Part shown: positions 43,701 through 52,476 of the stretch, in pieces
How positions within the stretch are numbered: the first letter of the stretch is position 1
Layout: the number at the start of each line of letters is the position of its first letter
From: an uncultured Alphaproteobacteria bacterium
Lineage (GTDB): Bacteria > Pseudomonadota > Alphaproteobacteria > Rhizobiales > Xanthobacteraceae
Assembly (NCBI GenBank): GCA_963801955.1
Contig: CAWDGS010000010.1
Span: 207,202 to 271,201 of the forward strand
Direction: 5' to 3'
DNA: 64,000 bases
Notes under the pieces: generated by a model
The model's input: only the letters and a program-made list of their open reading frames with translations
Told to the model about the DNA's origin: nothing
Database searches by the model: none
Program-made: the position numbers and the translations under genes

Positions 43701-44387
43701 TTATCGGAGCGTATCTGTCGCGCGGCGTTCGGCGTCCGCAACTCCAGCGCCCATGACCGCCCTGTCACGTGGCAACAATCCGAGGCGTTCGGCAATAACC
43801 GCGCTCTCCGCCAGTGATCGGACCTCTAGTTTTTGTAGCAATTGGTGCCGGTGCAATTTGACCGTGCGTTCCGATATTCCCAACTCATGAGCAATTTGCT
43901 TATGAGGTTTTCCGCGCACCAACAAGGCAAACACTTCCTGTTCGCGCCGGGTCAGCTTTGCAAAAAGCGATTGAAGAGCTGAAATCTGGTTTCCGCGCGC
44001 CAGCACCTTCTCGTAATGAGCGAGGGCACGCTGAATTGCCTCCAATAGTTTTTCTTTCGTTGCCGGTTTCGTCAGAAAATCTTCCGCGCCGGCTTTTATC
44101 GTCGTAACGGTCGTTGGGATATCACCATGCCCGCTGATAAATACGACGGGTATCTGACATCCCCGGTCCGCAAGTTGAGCCTGGAGTTGCGGGCCGGTCA
44201 TGCCGGCCATTTGCACATCGAGCAGAATACACGCAAGGCCACCACCGTTGAGCGATGATTCAAGAAGTTGCTTGGCTGTTTCATAAAGAAAAACGCGATA
44301 GCCGCAGGCGCTCAGCAACTCGCCAATGGCCCGACGGAACGATGCATCGTCATCGACAACGTGGATGATCGGCGGCGACATCGTCAT
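43701..44387 (-). CDS. FixJ/NarL (LuxR-type HTH) family response regulator
   Basis: The receiver reads IIHVVDDDASFR...ILLDVQMAGMTG...VVFISGHGD. The LuxR HTH reads LTRREQEVFALLVRGKPHKQIAHELGISERTVKLHR. The ATG 44387 start is inferred; the ORF is open up to 44522. Confidence 0.85.
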   Translation of the reverse strand: MTMSPPIIHVVDDDASFRRAIGELLSACGYRVFLYETAKQLLESSLNGGGLACILLDVQMAGMTGPQLQAQLADRGCQIPVVFISGHGDIPTTVTTIKAGAEDFLTKPATKEKLLEAIQRALAHYEKVLARGNQISALQSLFAKLTRREQEVFALLVRGKPHKQIAHELGISERTVKLHRHQLLQKLEVRSLAESAVIAERLGLLPRDRAVMGAGVADAERRATDTLR

Positions 44388-44828
44388 GTCGTGGCCATCT
44401 GTAACCGCGGTGCCGCGGCAATCAAACGAGCGATGGACGTCACCCCCACGCGCATCCAATTCACCTTTAAACAGGCTACACGCTAAAAATTGTCGAACAC
44501 GTTCTCCTTGAGGCGAGGGCATTCACTGAAAATTTGCCCCAAGTTGCATCAAAGCGACGCCATTTAGCTTACTACCGATGCGAGCACTCTGCGAAGGCCT
44601 TCGGCAAAGTTTTTGCGCTCGCGTGCAAAGCGTTCGATGAAGCAGCACTGGCCGCAGCAATTGGCATGAACCAATCACGAACATGTGACAGGCTGGACTG
44701 CCTCAAAGGGAAGTTTCGGACGTCGGTCTTTTTCGGCAGGTTGACGCCGCAGGGAGCGCGCACTCCCGAACAATTTTTCTGCACGACCTGACGGCAAAGC
44801 GAAGAACGACAGCTTGGAGAGGTCTGCC

Positions 44829-46530
44829 ATGAGGAACGTCTACATCGGCTTGTTGACACTCGTTGTCGCGGCGATCGGCGCATGTCTGCCGGCATCGGCA
44901 CAGCTCCCTCAGAAACCAAACATCCTCTTCATCATGGGCGACGATATTGGCTTGATGCAGCCGAGCATCTACCACCGCGGTTTGATGGTCGGGGAAACCC
45001 CGAACATCGATCGGATCGGGAATGAAGGTGCGATCTTCATGACGTACTATGCGGAGCAAAGCTGCACCGCCGGACGCAATGCGTTCTTTACCGGCATGCA
45101 TCCGCTCCGCACCGGCATGATCCCGCCGCAACTTCCCGGCAGCCCGTCCTGGCTGCGGCCGGGCACCCCGGCGCTCGCCAAGTTTTTGCTTGATCAAGGC
45201 TACAACACCGGCGAGTTCGGCAAGAACCACCTGGGCGACAATACGGAAGCGCTGCCGACCGCGCACGGTTTCCAGGAATTCTGGGGGTACCTGTATCACC
45301 TCGATGCAATGCAGGGGGTGAGCTTCCCCGATATCAATAAGTCGCCAACAGTGCAGGGCATCGCGCCGCCGTGCAAAAATTCGCCGATCCCCGGCCTTGC
45401 CGAAGTTCCCGGCGCCGTCGATCCCAGAACCGCGACCTGCCTGACGCCGCCGCGGCCAGTGCTCGCGTGCAAGTCATCCGACGGATCGCAGAAGAACCAG
45501 ACCTGCAAGGATGAGGGTCCGCTGACGCTCGATCGCTCGACGGACGGTGGACGAGGAAATCTCTGCCAAGGTCATCGACTACCTCGATCGCAACGACCCG
45601 AAGAAGACGAACAAGCCATTCTTCGTCTGGTACAACCCGGCGCGCATGCACATCACGACCGTGCTGCCGCCGAAGTACGAGGCGATGATCGGCGAGCCGG
45701 GCGGCAAGGACTGGGGCCTCAACGAAGCCGGCATGAAACAGCTGGACGACAACATCGGTTACGTCCTCAAGAAACTCGAGGACATGGGCCAGCTCGATAA
45801 CACCATCGTCGTCTTCACGACTGATAACGGCGCGGAAAACATCACATTCCCCGACGGCGGCACGACGCCATTCAAAGGCGGAAAGCTGACCACCTGGGAA
45901 GGCGGCATGCGCGCTCCGCTGGTCGTCCGTTGGCCGGGACACATCAAGCCGGGCACGATCAAGAACGAGATGTTCTCAGCCCTCGATTGGCTGCCGACAT
46001 TGGTCGACATCGCCGGCGGTCCGAAGGGTGACGCCCTAAAGAAGCAGATCGAGGCCGGCACATATCCCGGCATCGTCAAGACCACGCTCGACGGCGTCGA
46101 TCAGCGCGCTTATCTCGAAGGCACGTCGGAGAAATCGGCGCGCGACGTCTTCTTCTACTACACCGGCTCGCAACCGTCGGCGGTGCGCTACAAGAACTGG
46201 AAGCTCTACTACACGATGGTGCCCGACACCGCGACCGGCGGATTGTATGGAGCCACCACCTATCACTGGACCCAGATCGCCAACATCAAGCGCGATCCCT
46301 TCGAGCAGACGGTCGGCGCCGACGCAAAGTCGCTGCTCGGCTACGCCGGTTCGATTGGCTCCCCAAGCACGGCGTATCTCTACGACTGGAATATCCTGCC
46401 CATCGGCCAATTGCTGTGGACGAAGGAGCTGATGTCGTACAAGGAATTCCCGCCGATGCAGGCGCCGGAAACCTACAACCTCGACGGCATCCTCAAGGCA
46501 ATGCAGGCGGCCGGGCACCAGAGCGAGTGA
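44829..46530 (+). CDS. Arylsulfatase (sulfatase family, Cys-type) paralogue 2; one frame disruption
   Basis: KPNILFIMGDDIGLMQ, the FGly motif SCTAGRNAFFTG, GKNHLGD and TTDNGAE. The pieces are 44814..45800 and 45547..46530, with the shift near 45545. Confidence 0.85.
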
Positions 46531-46543
46531 ATACCTCAGCGCG

Positions 46544-46557
46544 TTGATATGGATCAA
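46544..46557. promoter_or_regulatory. FNR/FixK-type binding box upstream of the exported-protein gene run
   Basis: TTGATATGGATCAA is TTGAT-N4-ATCAA. It lies 14 nt after the sulfatase-2 stop and ~105 nt before ORF 46662. It is followed by the same GACTGAAGCTATC 13-mer as the box at 42893. Confidence 0.65.
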
Positions 46558-46661
46558 CACGACTGAAGCTATCTCGAGTAGTCGTAGCAATAATAGCGAG
46601 GGTTACCCCGATAATCGCACGCAATGGGTAAAGGAATGCGTTTATAATTCGTATTACACCG

Positions 46662-47345
46662 TTGATCGCAATCCTCTTCAGTGCGTTTTGTACTTCAGGG
46701 ATGGCGCGCGCACAGACTACGCCATCACCGCCCCCGCATGTGCCGCTTCAAAAAACCATCGGCGGGTCTCCCAAGACAGAGGTCGTTCCCTCGCTCATCG
46801 TTCTAAATTCCCAGGGCGCCAGCCTGCAGGGAAATAAACTGGTGCTGACGGGCGTGTCGCCGAATTCCATCGTATTCGCCGACCGACCGGTCCGCGCGGC
46901 CGGCCACGATCTCACGAGCCATATCGTCGAAGATTGGGCAACCGGCAGCGACAACTTCGCAAAAGATCCCCCCAATGCAACCGTGTCGGCGTTCAGCAAG
47001 ACCGGTTCGACAATTCGGGATGCGGTCGTTGTTCTTAAGACGCCGAAGCTCGAGGGTGACCGGCTTACATTTGATGTTGAGGTGCTTGAGGGAAACCTGA
47101 CCGGCGCGGATGGCGCAGCCGCAGTCTTCATCGACATTATTGGCAGGCCGCTGACACCGCTTTCCTTTGCGGGCGTGGCGCGCCGTAGCGCGTATCGTGG
47201 CGCTTATTACGCGGGAGCTGCAGCCCTTGGCACGGCAGCAGTCTATGGCGCCGCCGCTGCTTACGGCGCGGGCGCCTATGGATATCCGCCGCCTTATTAC
47301 GCCCGTCCTGCATGCGGTTATTACCCTTACCCGCCTTGCTACTGA
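46662..47345 (+). CDS. Hypothetical exported protein with Gly/Ala/Tyr/Pro-rich, Cys-containing C-terminal tail
   Basis: The tail reads AYRGAYYAGAAALGTAAVYGAAAAYGAGAYGYPPPYYARPACGYYPYPPCY. A more convincing signal peptide (MRL.IRITPLIAILFSAFCTSGMARA) would start at ATG 46636, but only if a 1-nt indel near 46645 is assumed. Confidence 0.5.
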   Translation: MIAILFSAFCTSGMARAQTTPSPPPHVPLQKTIGGSPKTEVVPSLIVLNSQGASLQGNKLVLTGVSPNSIVFADRPVRAAGHDLTSHIVEDWATGSDNFAKDPPNATVSAFSKTGSTIRDAVVVLKTPKLEGDRLTFDVEVLEGNLTGADGAAAVFIDIIGRPLTPLSFAGVARRSAYRGAYYAGAAALGTAAVYGAAAAYGAGAYGYPPPYYARPACGYYPYPPCY

Positions 47346-47391
47346 AGCGCCTGACGCGGTGCGATCAAATCTCACGGGAGAAAAACATTCC

Positions 47392-47874
47392 ATGTCGCGA
47401 ACATTTTCAAGCTTGCTGGCAATCGCTCTGATCACAATGACGGCCGTGGTTGCGGATGCGCAATCACCCAACTGGACGCAAGCCGGCATGCTGCGTTGCC
47501 GGCTCAACCCGAGCATTGGGTTCATCATCGCCGGCCACCAGTCGATGGAGTGCCAGTTCACGCAGAATGCGCAGGTCCCGCCGCAGGCCTACGCCGGCGC
47601 AATCAACACGGTTGGCATCGACATCGGCATCTCGGCGGGGGGTGTCCTCGCCTGGGCCGTTCTTGCGCCAACGGTCGGCGTGCCGTTCGGCGCGCTCGCC
47701 GGTGACTATGTGGGTGCGAGCGCGGACGCTGCCCTCGGTCTTGGCGTCGGCACCAATGTCCTGATCGGCGGATCCGCACGCACCATTGCCCTTCAGCCAA
47801 TCTCGGTAGAGGGGTCGGTTGCCATCAACGTTGCTGTCGGGGTCGCCGCTCTCAAGTTACGGCCGCTGCCCTGA
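47392..47874 (+). CDS. DUF992 domain-containing exported protein
   Basis: It has a signal peptide, then GMLRCRLNPSIGFIIAGHQSMECQF...YAGAINTVGIDIGISAGGVLAWAVLAP...LQPISVEGSVAINVAVGVAALKLR, which fits the DUF992 pattern as I recall it. Confidence 0.65.
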   Translation: MSRTFSSLLAIALITMTAVVADAQSPNWTQAGMLRCRLNPSIGFIIAGHQSMECQFTQNAQVPPQAYAGAINTVGIDIGISAGGVLAWAVLAPTVGVPFGALAGDYVGASADAALGLGVGTNVLIGGSARTIALQPISVEGSVAINVAVGVAALKLRPLP

Positions 47875-47929
47875 GCGCCGAAGCGCTTCTATCTCGCAGA
47901 GTGAATTTTCGACCGAGTAACAACTTAAA

Positions 47930-48667
47930 ATGGGGGACACGATGCTCCAGACCAGATCAGCACTCTTGGTTGCCGCAGCACTGGCAGTGGGACTAGCGCA
48001 AACCGCGTCAGCCGCTGATTTGCCGCGTCGGCCTGCGCCGGCTCCACTGTTGAATCCCACGCCCGTCTATAACTGGACCGGGATATATTTTGGCCTGAAC
48101 GGCGGGGGCGGCTGGGGCCGTCAGGATCCGCTCAATCTGATCACCAACCGTTTCGATGGCCAGTCCGTTGATTTTTCCGGCGGCGTGTTCGGTGGAACAG
48201 CGGGCGCTCAAATTCAGTCTGGTCACGTTGTTCTTGGTTTTGAAGCCGATCTGGATTGGGCCAACATGAAGGGGTCCGGCACGTTCATTCCGAGCGCCGG
48301 CGGCATCGGCCTCACACCGTCTGCCGTAAGCGCGAGCACCAATATTGATTGGGAAGCAACGGCCAGGATGCGCGTTGGCTACGCCCAGGAAAACTGGCTT
48401 TTCTACGCGACCGGCGGACTTGCATTGCTAGGCGCGAAATCCACCTTCGCTCCGGCGGCCGGCGTTTCCTGCGGCACATTTGGAATCATCAACTGCTCGG
48501 GCACGAACAAGCAGGTCGGCGCAGTCCTTGGGGCAGGCGTTGAATACGGCATCACCCAAAATGTCAGCGCGAAACTCGAATATCTCTATATCACGGCAGC
48601 CTCACTCGACATCTCGCATCACAGCGAAATACGTGGCGGCCTGAATTACCGGTTCGGCGGGTTCTAA
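47930..48667 (+). CDS. Outer-membrane beta-barrel protein (Omp25/Omp31/RopB-like porin family)
   Basis: Signal peptide ..LAQTASA, then YNWTGIYFGLNGGGGWG, alternating beta-strand pattern and the C-terminal GGLNYRFGGF. An alternative start is ATG 47942. Confidence 0.75.
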   Translation: MGDTMLQTRSALLVAAALAVGLAQTASAADLPRRPAPAPLLNPTPVYNWTGIYFGLNGGGGWGRQDPLNLITNRFDGQSVDFSGGVFGGTAGAQIQSGHVVLGFEADLDWANMKGSGTFIPSAGGIGLTPSAVSASTNIDWEATARMRVGYAQENWLFYATGGLALLGAKSTFAPAAGVSCGTFGIINCSGTNKQVGAVLGAGVEYGITQNVSAKLEYLYITAASLDISHHSEIRGGLNYRFGGF

Positions 48668-48731
48668 GCGCGCAAAGGCGCGCGGGTTGTGCCCAAAAGA
48701 CATCGACAACAGAATTTGCGGGAGAGACCGT

Positions 48732-49094
48732 ATGCGTAAAACTCTGATCCTGGCTGTGGCGGGGCTCACGTTGTCTATCGCCAGCACAAATGCCAACGCT
48801 CAGGTTGATCTGAGCACTTATGCAGACGCTGAAGGGTACCTCGATGTCCAGACGTTGAGCTGCGCGCAACTCGCCGGCACGTGGCAGGATCAGGCCGATT
48901 TGCTCACCACGTGGTATAGCGGCTGGTACAACGGGCTTGCAAAAAAGCACTACCTCAACATCGGCCGTTCGAAGGAAACAGAACACGAAGTGATCGTTTA
49001 CTGTAAGGCAAATCCGCAAGTGAAGATCATTGAGGCTATCGACGTTGTCTTCAAGAAGTGGCGCGCTGAACGCGGTATCATAATTGCAAAGTAA
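48732..49094 (+). CDS. HdeA/HdeB-like small periplasmic protein (putative acid-stress chaperone family)
   Basis: Signal peptide MRKTLILAVAGLTLSIASTNANA. It has two Cys (LSCAQL.., VIVYCKANP) and a W-rich helix TTWYSGWYNG. The family assignment is from memory of alphaproteobacterial HdeA-like proteins. Confidence 0.45.
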   Translation: MRKTLILAVAGLTLSIASTNANAQVDLSTYADAEGYLDVQTLSCAQLAGTWQDQADLLTTWYSGWYNGLAKKHYLNIGRSKETEHEVIVYCKANPQVKIIEAIDVVFKKWRAERGIIIAK

Positions 49095-49120
49095 TGGGCT
49101 TTCGCTGAAGGCGATCCATA

Positions 49121-49453
49121 ATGCGAGGCAAATGCGCACGAGTGTTGCTTCTCGTTGGTGCGGCGGTTTTCGTTGCGGGATTGTCGCATGCGCAGAACTA
49201 CAATCCTCCCTGGTGCGCAATTGCAGACAACGACGGCAATCTCAATTGTGCTTACGCCAGTGAACAGCAATGCCGGCAAACTTTGAGCGGCATCGGTGGC
49301 GAATGCGTCCGCAATCCGGCCGCCAGCGGCCCGCAAATGCCAGCGACCCCACCGCCGTCGGAAAATGCGCAGGGTCTGCTGCCTCTCCAATTGGAGAATC
49401 CGGGTCCCCCGCCGGGGCTTGGAGGTTCCGCAGGGCCGGGGCCCCCGCCGTAA
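49121..49453 (+). CDS. DUF3551 domain-containing exported protein with Pro-rich tail
   Basis: It has a signal peptide, then PPWCAIADNDGNLNCAYASEQQCRQTLSGIGGECVRNP, the four-Cys DUF3551 pattern common in Bradyrhizobiaceae. Confidence 0.65.
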   Translation: MRGKCARVLLLVGAAVFVAGLSHAQNYNPPWCAIADNDGNLNCAYASEQQCRQTLSGIGGECVRNPAASGPQMPATPPPSENAQGLLPLQLENPGPPPGLGGSAGPGPPP

Positions 49454-49475
49454 CGAGTGGATTTTTAGGCTTGTG

Positions 49476-49907
49476 ATGGAGCTGACGATGCAGATCAATC
49501 GCGTGCTCGTCGGATTTGCGCTGCTGGCCTTGAGCTCTTCGCTTGCAGTCGCGCAGCAACAACAGGTTATTGTTGTTCCGAACAATTTATTCACGGCCGC
49601 CGGCTTCGTGGTGAAATACGCGACCACGCCGGAAAAGCGGGCGCTCCTGAATTCTTTGCCGTCAGACAAGCTCGTGAAACGAACGAAGGATGGAATTGTC
49701 TACTATGTGTACGCCGATGCGGCACGTTGCAATTGCGCCTATGTCGGTACCGCGCAGGCCTACGCGGCCTACCAGAACGGGCCCTTTGATCCGGGCGCAG
49801 GTGGTACCAACAACGCCCTGCAAGCGATCGATAGCGATGTTGGAGAACCCTACATACCCGCAGACATAGCGCCAGGCATGGACAGTATTTTGCAGCCGGA
49901 TTTTTGA
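49476..49907 (+). CDS. Hypothetical exported protein
   Basis: MELTMQINRVLVGFALLALSSSLAVAQQQQ is a signal peptide. The mature part contains YYVYADAARCNCAYVGTAQAYAAYQ. I recognise no family. Confidence 0.5.
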   Translation: MELTMQINRVLVGFALLALSSSLAVAQQQQVIVVPNNLFTAAGFVVKYATTPEKRALLNSLPSDKLVKRTKDGIVYYVYADAARCNCAYVGTAQAYAAYQNGPFDPGAGGTNNALQAIDSDVGEPYIPADIAPGMDSILQPDF

Positions 49908-49933
49908 AACCGGTGAAAGCCCTGTCTGGCGTC

Positions 49934-51769
49934 CTAGCCGGGTGCGTTCCTTGCGAGCGGTAAGGTAAAGCGAAATACGGCTCCGCCGGCGGGACGATTT
50001 TCAGCCCATATTCTGCCCCTGAAAGTCTCAATGATAGTTCGTGCGATCGATAGCCCGAGCCCGGTCCCTTGTTCCTTGGTTGTATAGAAAGCGTCAAAGA
50101 TCATATTGAGTTTATCTGGCGGAATGCCGGTTCCTGAATCCGCGACCGAAACCTCAACCGCTTCCTCGTCAACCAGCGCGATTTGGATCGACATCACGCG
50201 TTGACTGGAATCGCAATTGTTTATTGAATCGATACCGTTCATCGCAAGATTCATAAGCACTTGCTGCAATTGAATGTGGTCACCGCGCACCGGTAACGGG
50301 CCGTTTGGATTGTAAACGCTAACGTCGATACCTTTCTTCACGGCTTCGGGCCCGACGATTTGCATGGTATCGACCAGAATATCATTGAGGTCGAACTCCT
50401 GCATTTCTATCGCGTCTCTTCTCTTCAGCAGGCCACGGAAATGAGCAATGATATTTGCTGCCCGTTGATCATCCTTTCGGATGTTGCCCAATATCTCTTC
50501 CACCTTCGACAAGTTTGGCGGGTTTGCTTTGATGTAGAGCATCGCCGCATCGGCGTAGCTCTGAATTGCTGCCAAAGGCTGATTGAGTTCATGAGCGATG
50601 GAGGCCGACAACGCGCCGGCAACCGCCGTACGGTTGAGATGAGTGACTTCAAGCAGACGTTGGTAGAGCTCCCTTTCCGCGCGAAGGCGGCGGCGGCGCT
50701 CCAAAATCAGTCCTGTAATTATGAAAGTCTGCAGGAGCAAAACAGCAAGAATGCCCAATATTTGCCAACGGTATTGCTGCCACAAATCGAATTGGTGAAA
50801 CTGGATATCGGTGCCTGACGGCAACCGGGCATTGTTTAAATTCCAGCGCTTGAGTTGTCTTTCGTCGACCCGAAACAAGTGCGCTGGCGTATTTTGGCGA
50901 GGGCCATCGTGCCCCGACAGAATATCAAAGGCCACATCTGCGGCCGCGGCTCCTTCGTCCTCCCAGCTGTCCATGTAGCCGCCGACTATGCCTCTCCCCA
51001 GGTTGGTACTGATCGGCGAATACACCGGCGCCGGGGATGCCTTTGCGACGCTCGCAGCGACTTCAGGTGAAACGCGCAGCTGGCCAGATCCGTCGGCGAA
51101 GAAAAACGACATCACGACGATCGAGTCGTTTGGCAGCTGCGAGACCTCCGCCAACGTTTCCTCAAACGAACGTCCAGCGATATATTTGATGTTGTATTGA
51201 TCGCCATACGGCCCCAGCTCCTTGCGGGCGATGTCCAGCCATTGTTCGTCATAGCGACTGCCGCCACCAACGACGGCGAGATTACGCGCATTTGGTTGCA
51301 GGCGTCGCGCGAGATCAAAAGTTTTCGCAAAATTGTATTCCGTCCCCACCCAAAACACATCCTTGAGATCGCTAGCCTTCATATCGTCCAAGGGCACGCT
51401 CGTCATAATCGTCGGGACCTTGGGTGCGATGGTGTCGCGATATTTCGTCACAAACGGCAGCGCAGCGCGGCCAAGCGCGATCAATAAATCGGGGGGCGCC
51501 TCAGAATATTTTCCGGCAAGGTACTGCGCCGTTCGATCGGCGTGGGCTTGGCTTGGGAACCGAACAAGCTCCATGTAATCGACAAAAATATCGAAGTTTT
51601 CGCTGGTCCTTTCACTTAAGCGCTGCTTGAACGCGTCAATCGTGCGTGCTGCCGCTGGCGTAGCAGGGGAAAGGCTCTCCAGAAAATAGATGCGGCGCCG
51701 TTGATCGGCATTGGCCGATTGGCTCGCCACGCATAACAAGGTCATGAATACGAAGAACCGTCGCCGCAT
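49934..51769 (-). CDS. Sensor histidine kinase with large periplasmic (ABC substrate-binding-protein-like) sensor domain
   Basis: It has a signal/TM1 segment, ~300 aa periplasmic, then TM2 (WQILGILAVLLLQTFIITGLIL). The H-box is SASIAHELNQPLAAI. The HATPase part reads LMNLAMNGIDS...DSGTGIP...FYTTKEQGTGLGLSI. No PAS domain lies between TM2 and HisKA. Confidence 0.85.
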   Translation of the reverse strand: MRRRFFVFMTLLCVASQSANADQRRRIYFLESLSPATPAAARTIDAFKQRLSERTSENFDIFVDYMELVRFPSQAHADRTAQYLAGKYSEAPPDLLIALGRAALPFVTKYRDTIAPKVPTIMTSVPLDDMKASDLKDVFWVGTEYNFAKTFDLARRLQPNARNLAVVGGGSRYDEQWLDIARKELGPYGDQYNIKYIAGRSFEETLAEVSQLPNDSIVVMSFFFADGSGQLRVSPEVAASVAKASPAPVYSPISTNLGRGIVGGYMDSWEDEGAAAADVAFDILSGHDGPRQNTPAHLFRVDERQLKRWNLNNARLPSGTDIQFHQFDLWQQYRWQILGILAVLLLQTFIITGLILERRRRLRAERELYQRLLEVTHLNRTAVAGALSASIAHELNQPLAAIQSYADAAMLYIKANPPNLSKVEEILGNIRKDDQRAANIIAHFRGLLKRRDAIEMQEFDLNDILVDTMQIVGPEAVKKGIDVSVYNPNGPLPVRGDHIQLQQVLMNLAMNGIDSINNCDSSQRVMSIQIALVDEEAVEVSVADSGTGIPPDKLNMIFDAFYTTKEQGTGLGLSIARTIIETFRGRIWAENRPAGGAVFRFTLPLARNAPG

Positions 51770-51956
51770 TCAAAGCCCGATCCATTTTCTGGCTGGCTAC
51801 CGTCAGTCTTTTCGATCGTATCATCTATGGCGAGGTGGCGCGTGCGAAACGCCAAACCTGTCTAAAAATTGATTGGTGGCTAATCTTCACGGCGGCGCCA
51901 CTATTTCGCTCAGAATCCGCTTCTTGCGGCCGGCGCACTGATGGCGGGCAGAACGG

Positions 51957-52220
51957 TCAACCCTTCGCAGCGGCACACTTGAAGCGAGTGCAATCCTGAT
52001 AAACGCCCCGGCATTCGGAGGTTGGTATTTGCTTCAGGGATTGGCAGTCGCGATAACGTGCACGACAGACACTTATGCATTGCTGTTTTGCGGTCTGAGC
52101 TGCCGCAAGGGTGAGGGGGGCAACGTCGGCGTCCCGCGCGTTGAGCGTTGCCTGACTGAATACCAGAAGGGCTGCAAATAGCCCGAAGACCGCGACAAAC
52201 GACGGCTTGTTAAATTTCAT
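51957..52220 (-). CDS. Small exported 6-Cys protein (hypothetical)
   Basis: Signal peptide MKFNKPSFVAVFGLFAALLVFSQA. The mature ~60 aa has 6 Cys (QQCISVCRARYRDCQ...SECRGVYQDCTRFKC). GGGGG lies upstream of the ATG. Confidence 0.55.
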   Translation of the reverse strand: MKFNKPSFVAVFGLFAALLVFSQATLNARDADVAPLTLAAAQTAKQQCISVCRARYRDCQSLKQIPTSECRGVYQDCTRFKCAAAKG

Positions 52221-52239
52221 GGCATGGCCCCCAATGTTT

Positions 52240-52476
52240 TCAGCAGTTGCGTGCTGTTCCTATCATACACCTTTGGACGCATAGCTCGACCTGGCCCGCT
52301 GGCAATCCCATCTTGATCTGGTTGTTACGACAGCAGGTATAGCACGCCTTTTCCGATTTGACCTTTTTCGCGGCCAACTCATTGGATGGTTGCGAGGCCG
52401 CCTGGGCGAGGCACCTGTCGGTGGCCACGGCGGAAAGGAAGGCAGCGCAGACAACAAGAATTAATGACAAGCGCAT
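52240..52476 (-). CDS. Small exported 6-Cys protein (hypothetical)
   Basis: ATG 52476 is preceded by GGGAGA. Signal peptide MRLSLILVVCAAFLSAVATDRCLA. The mature ~54 aa has 6 Cys (ACYTCCRNN...ELCVQRCMIGTARNC). It lies 19 nt upstream of the previous gene. Confidence 0.55.
   Translation of the reverse strand: MRLSLILVVCAAFLSAVATDRCLAQAASQPSNELAAKKVKSEKACYTCCRNNQIKMGLPAGQVELCVQRCMIGTARNC

Noticed and set aside
44592-44603. The perfect 12-bp palindrome CGAAGGCCTTCG in the regulator/sulfatase-2 intergenic region, read as an operator.
   Set aside because: Perfect 12-bp palindromes are expected about 16 times by chance in 64 kb (64000/4^6). There is no second copy and no match to a known motif.
44534-44791. 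An 85-aa plus-strand ORF in the 441-nt gap between the FixJ-like regulator and sulfatase-2.
   Set aside because: It has a TTG start without a clear SD, no signal peptide, TM segment or known motif, and unremarkable third-position composition. It is left unannotated, but the gap itself remains unexplained.
43701-51769. The kinase plus the FixJ-family regulator read as the FixL/FixJ oxygen sensor feeding the two FixK boxes.
   Set aside because: The kinase has no PAS/haem domain and senses through a periplasmic domain. FixJ-type regulators do not bind TTGAT-N4-ATCAA, and the CRP/FNR protein that would bind it is not in this window.
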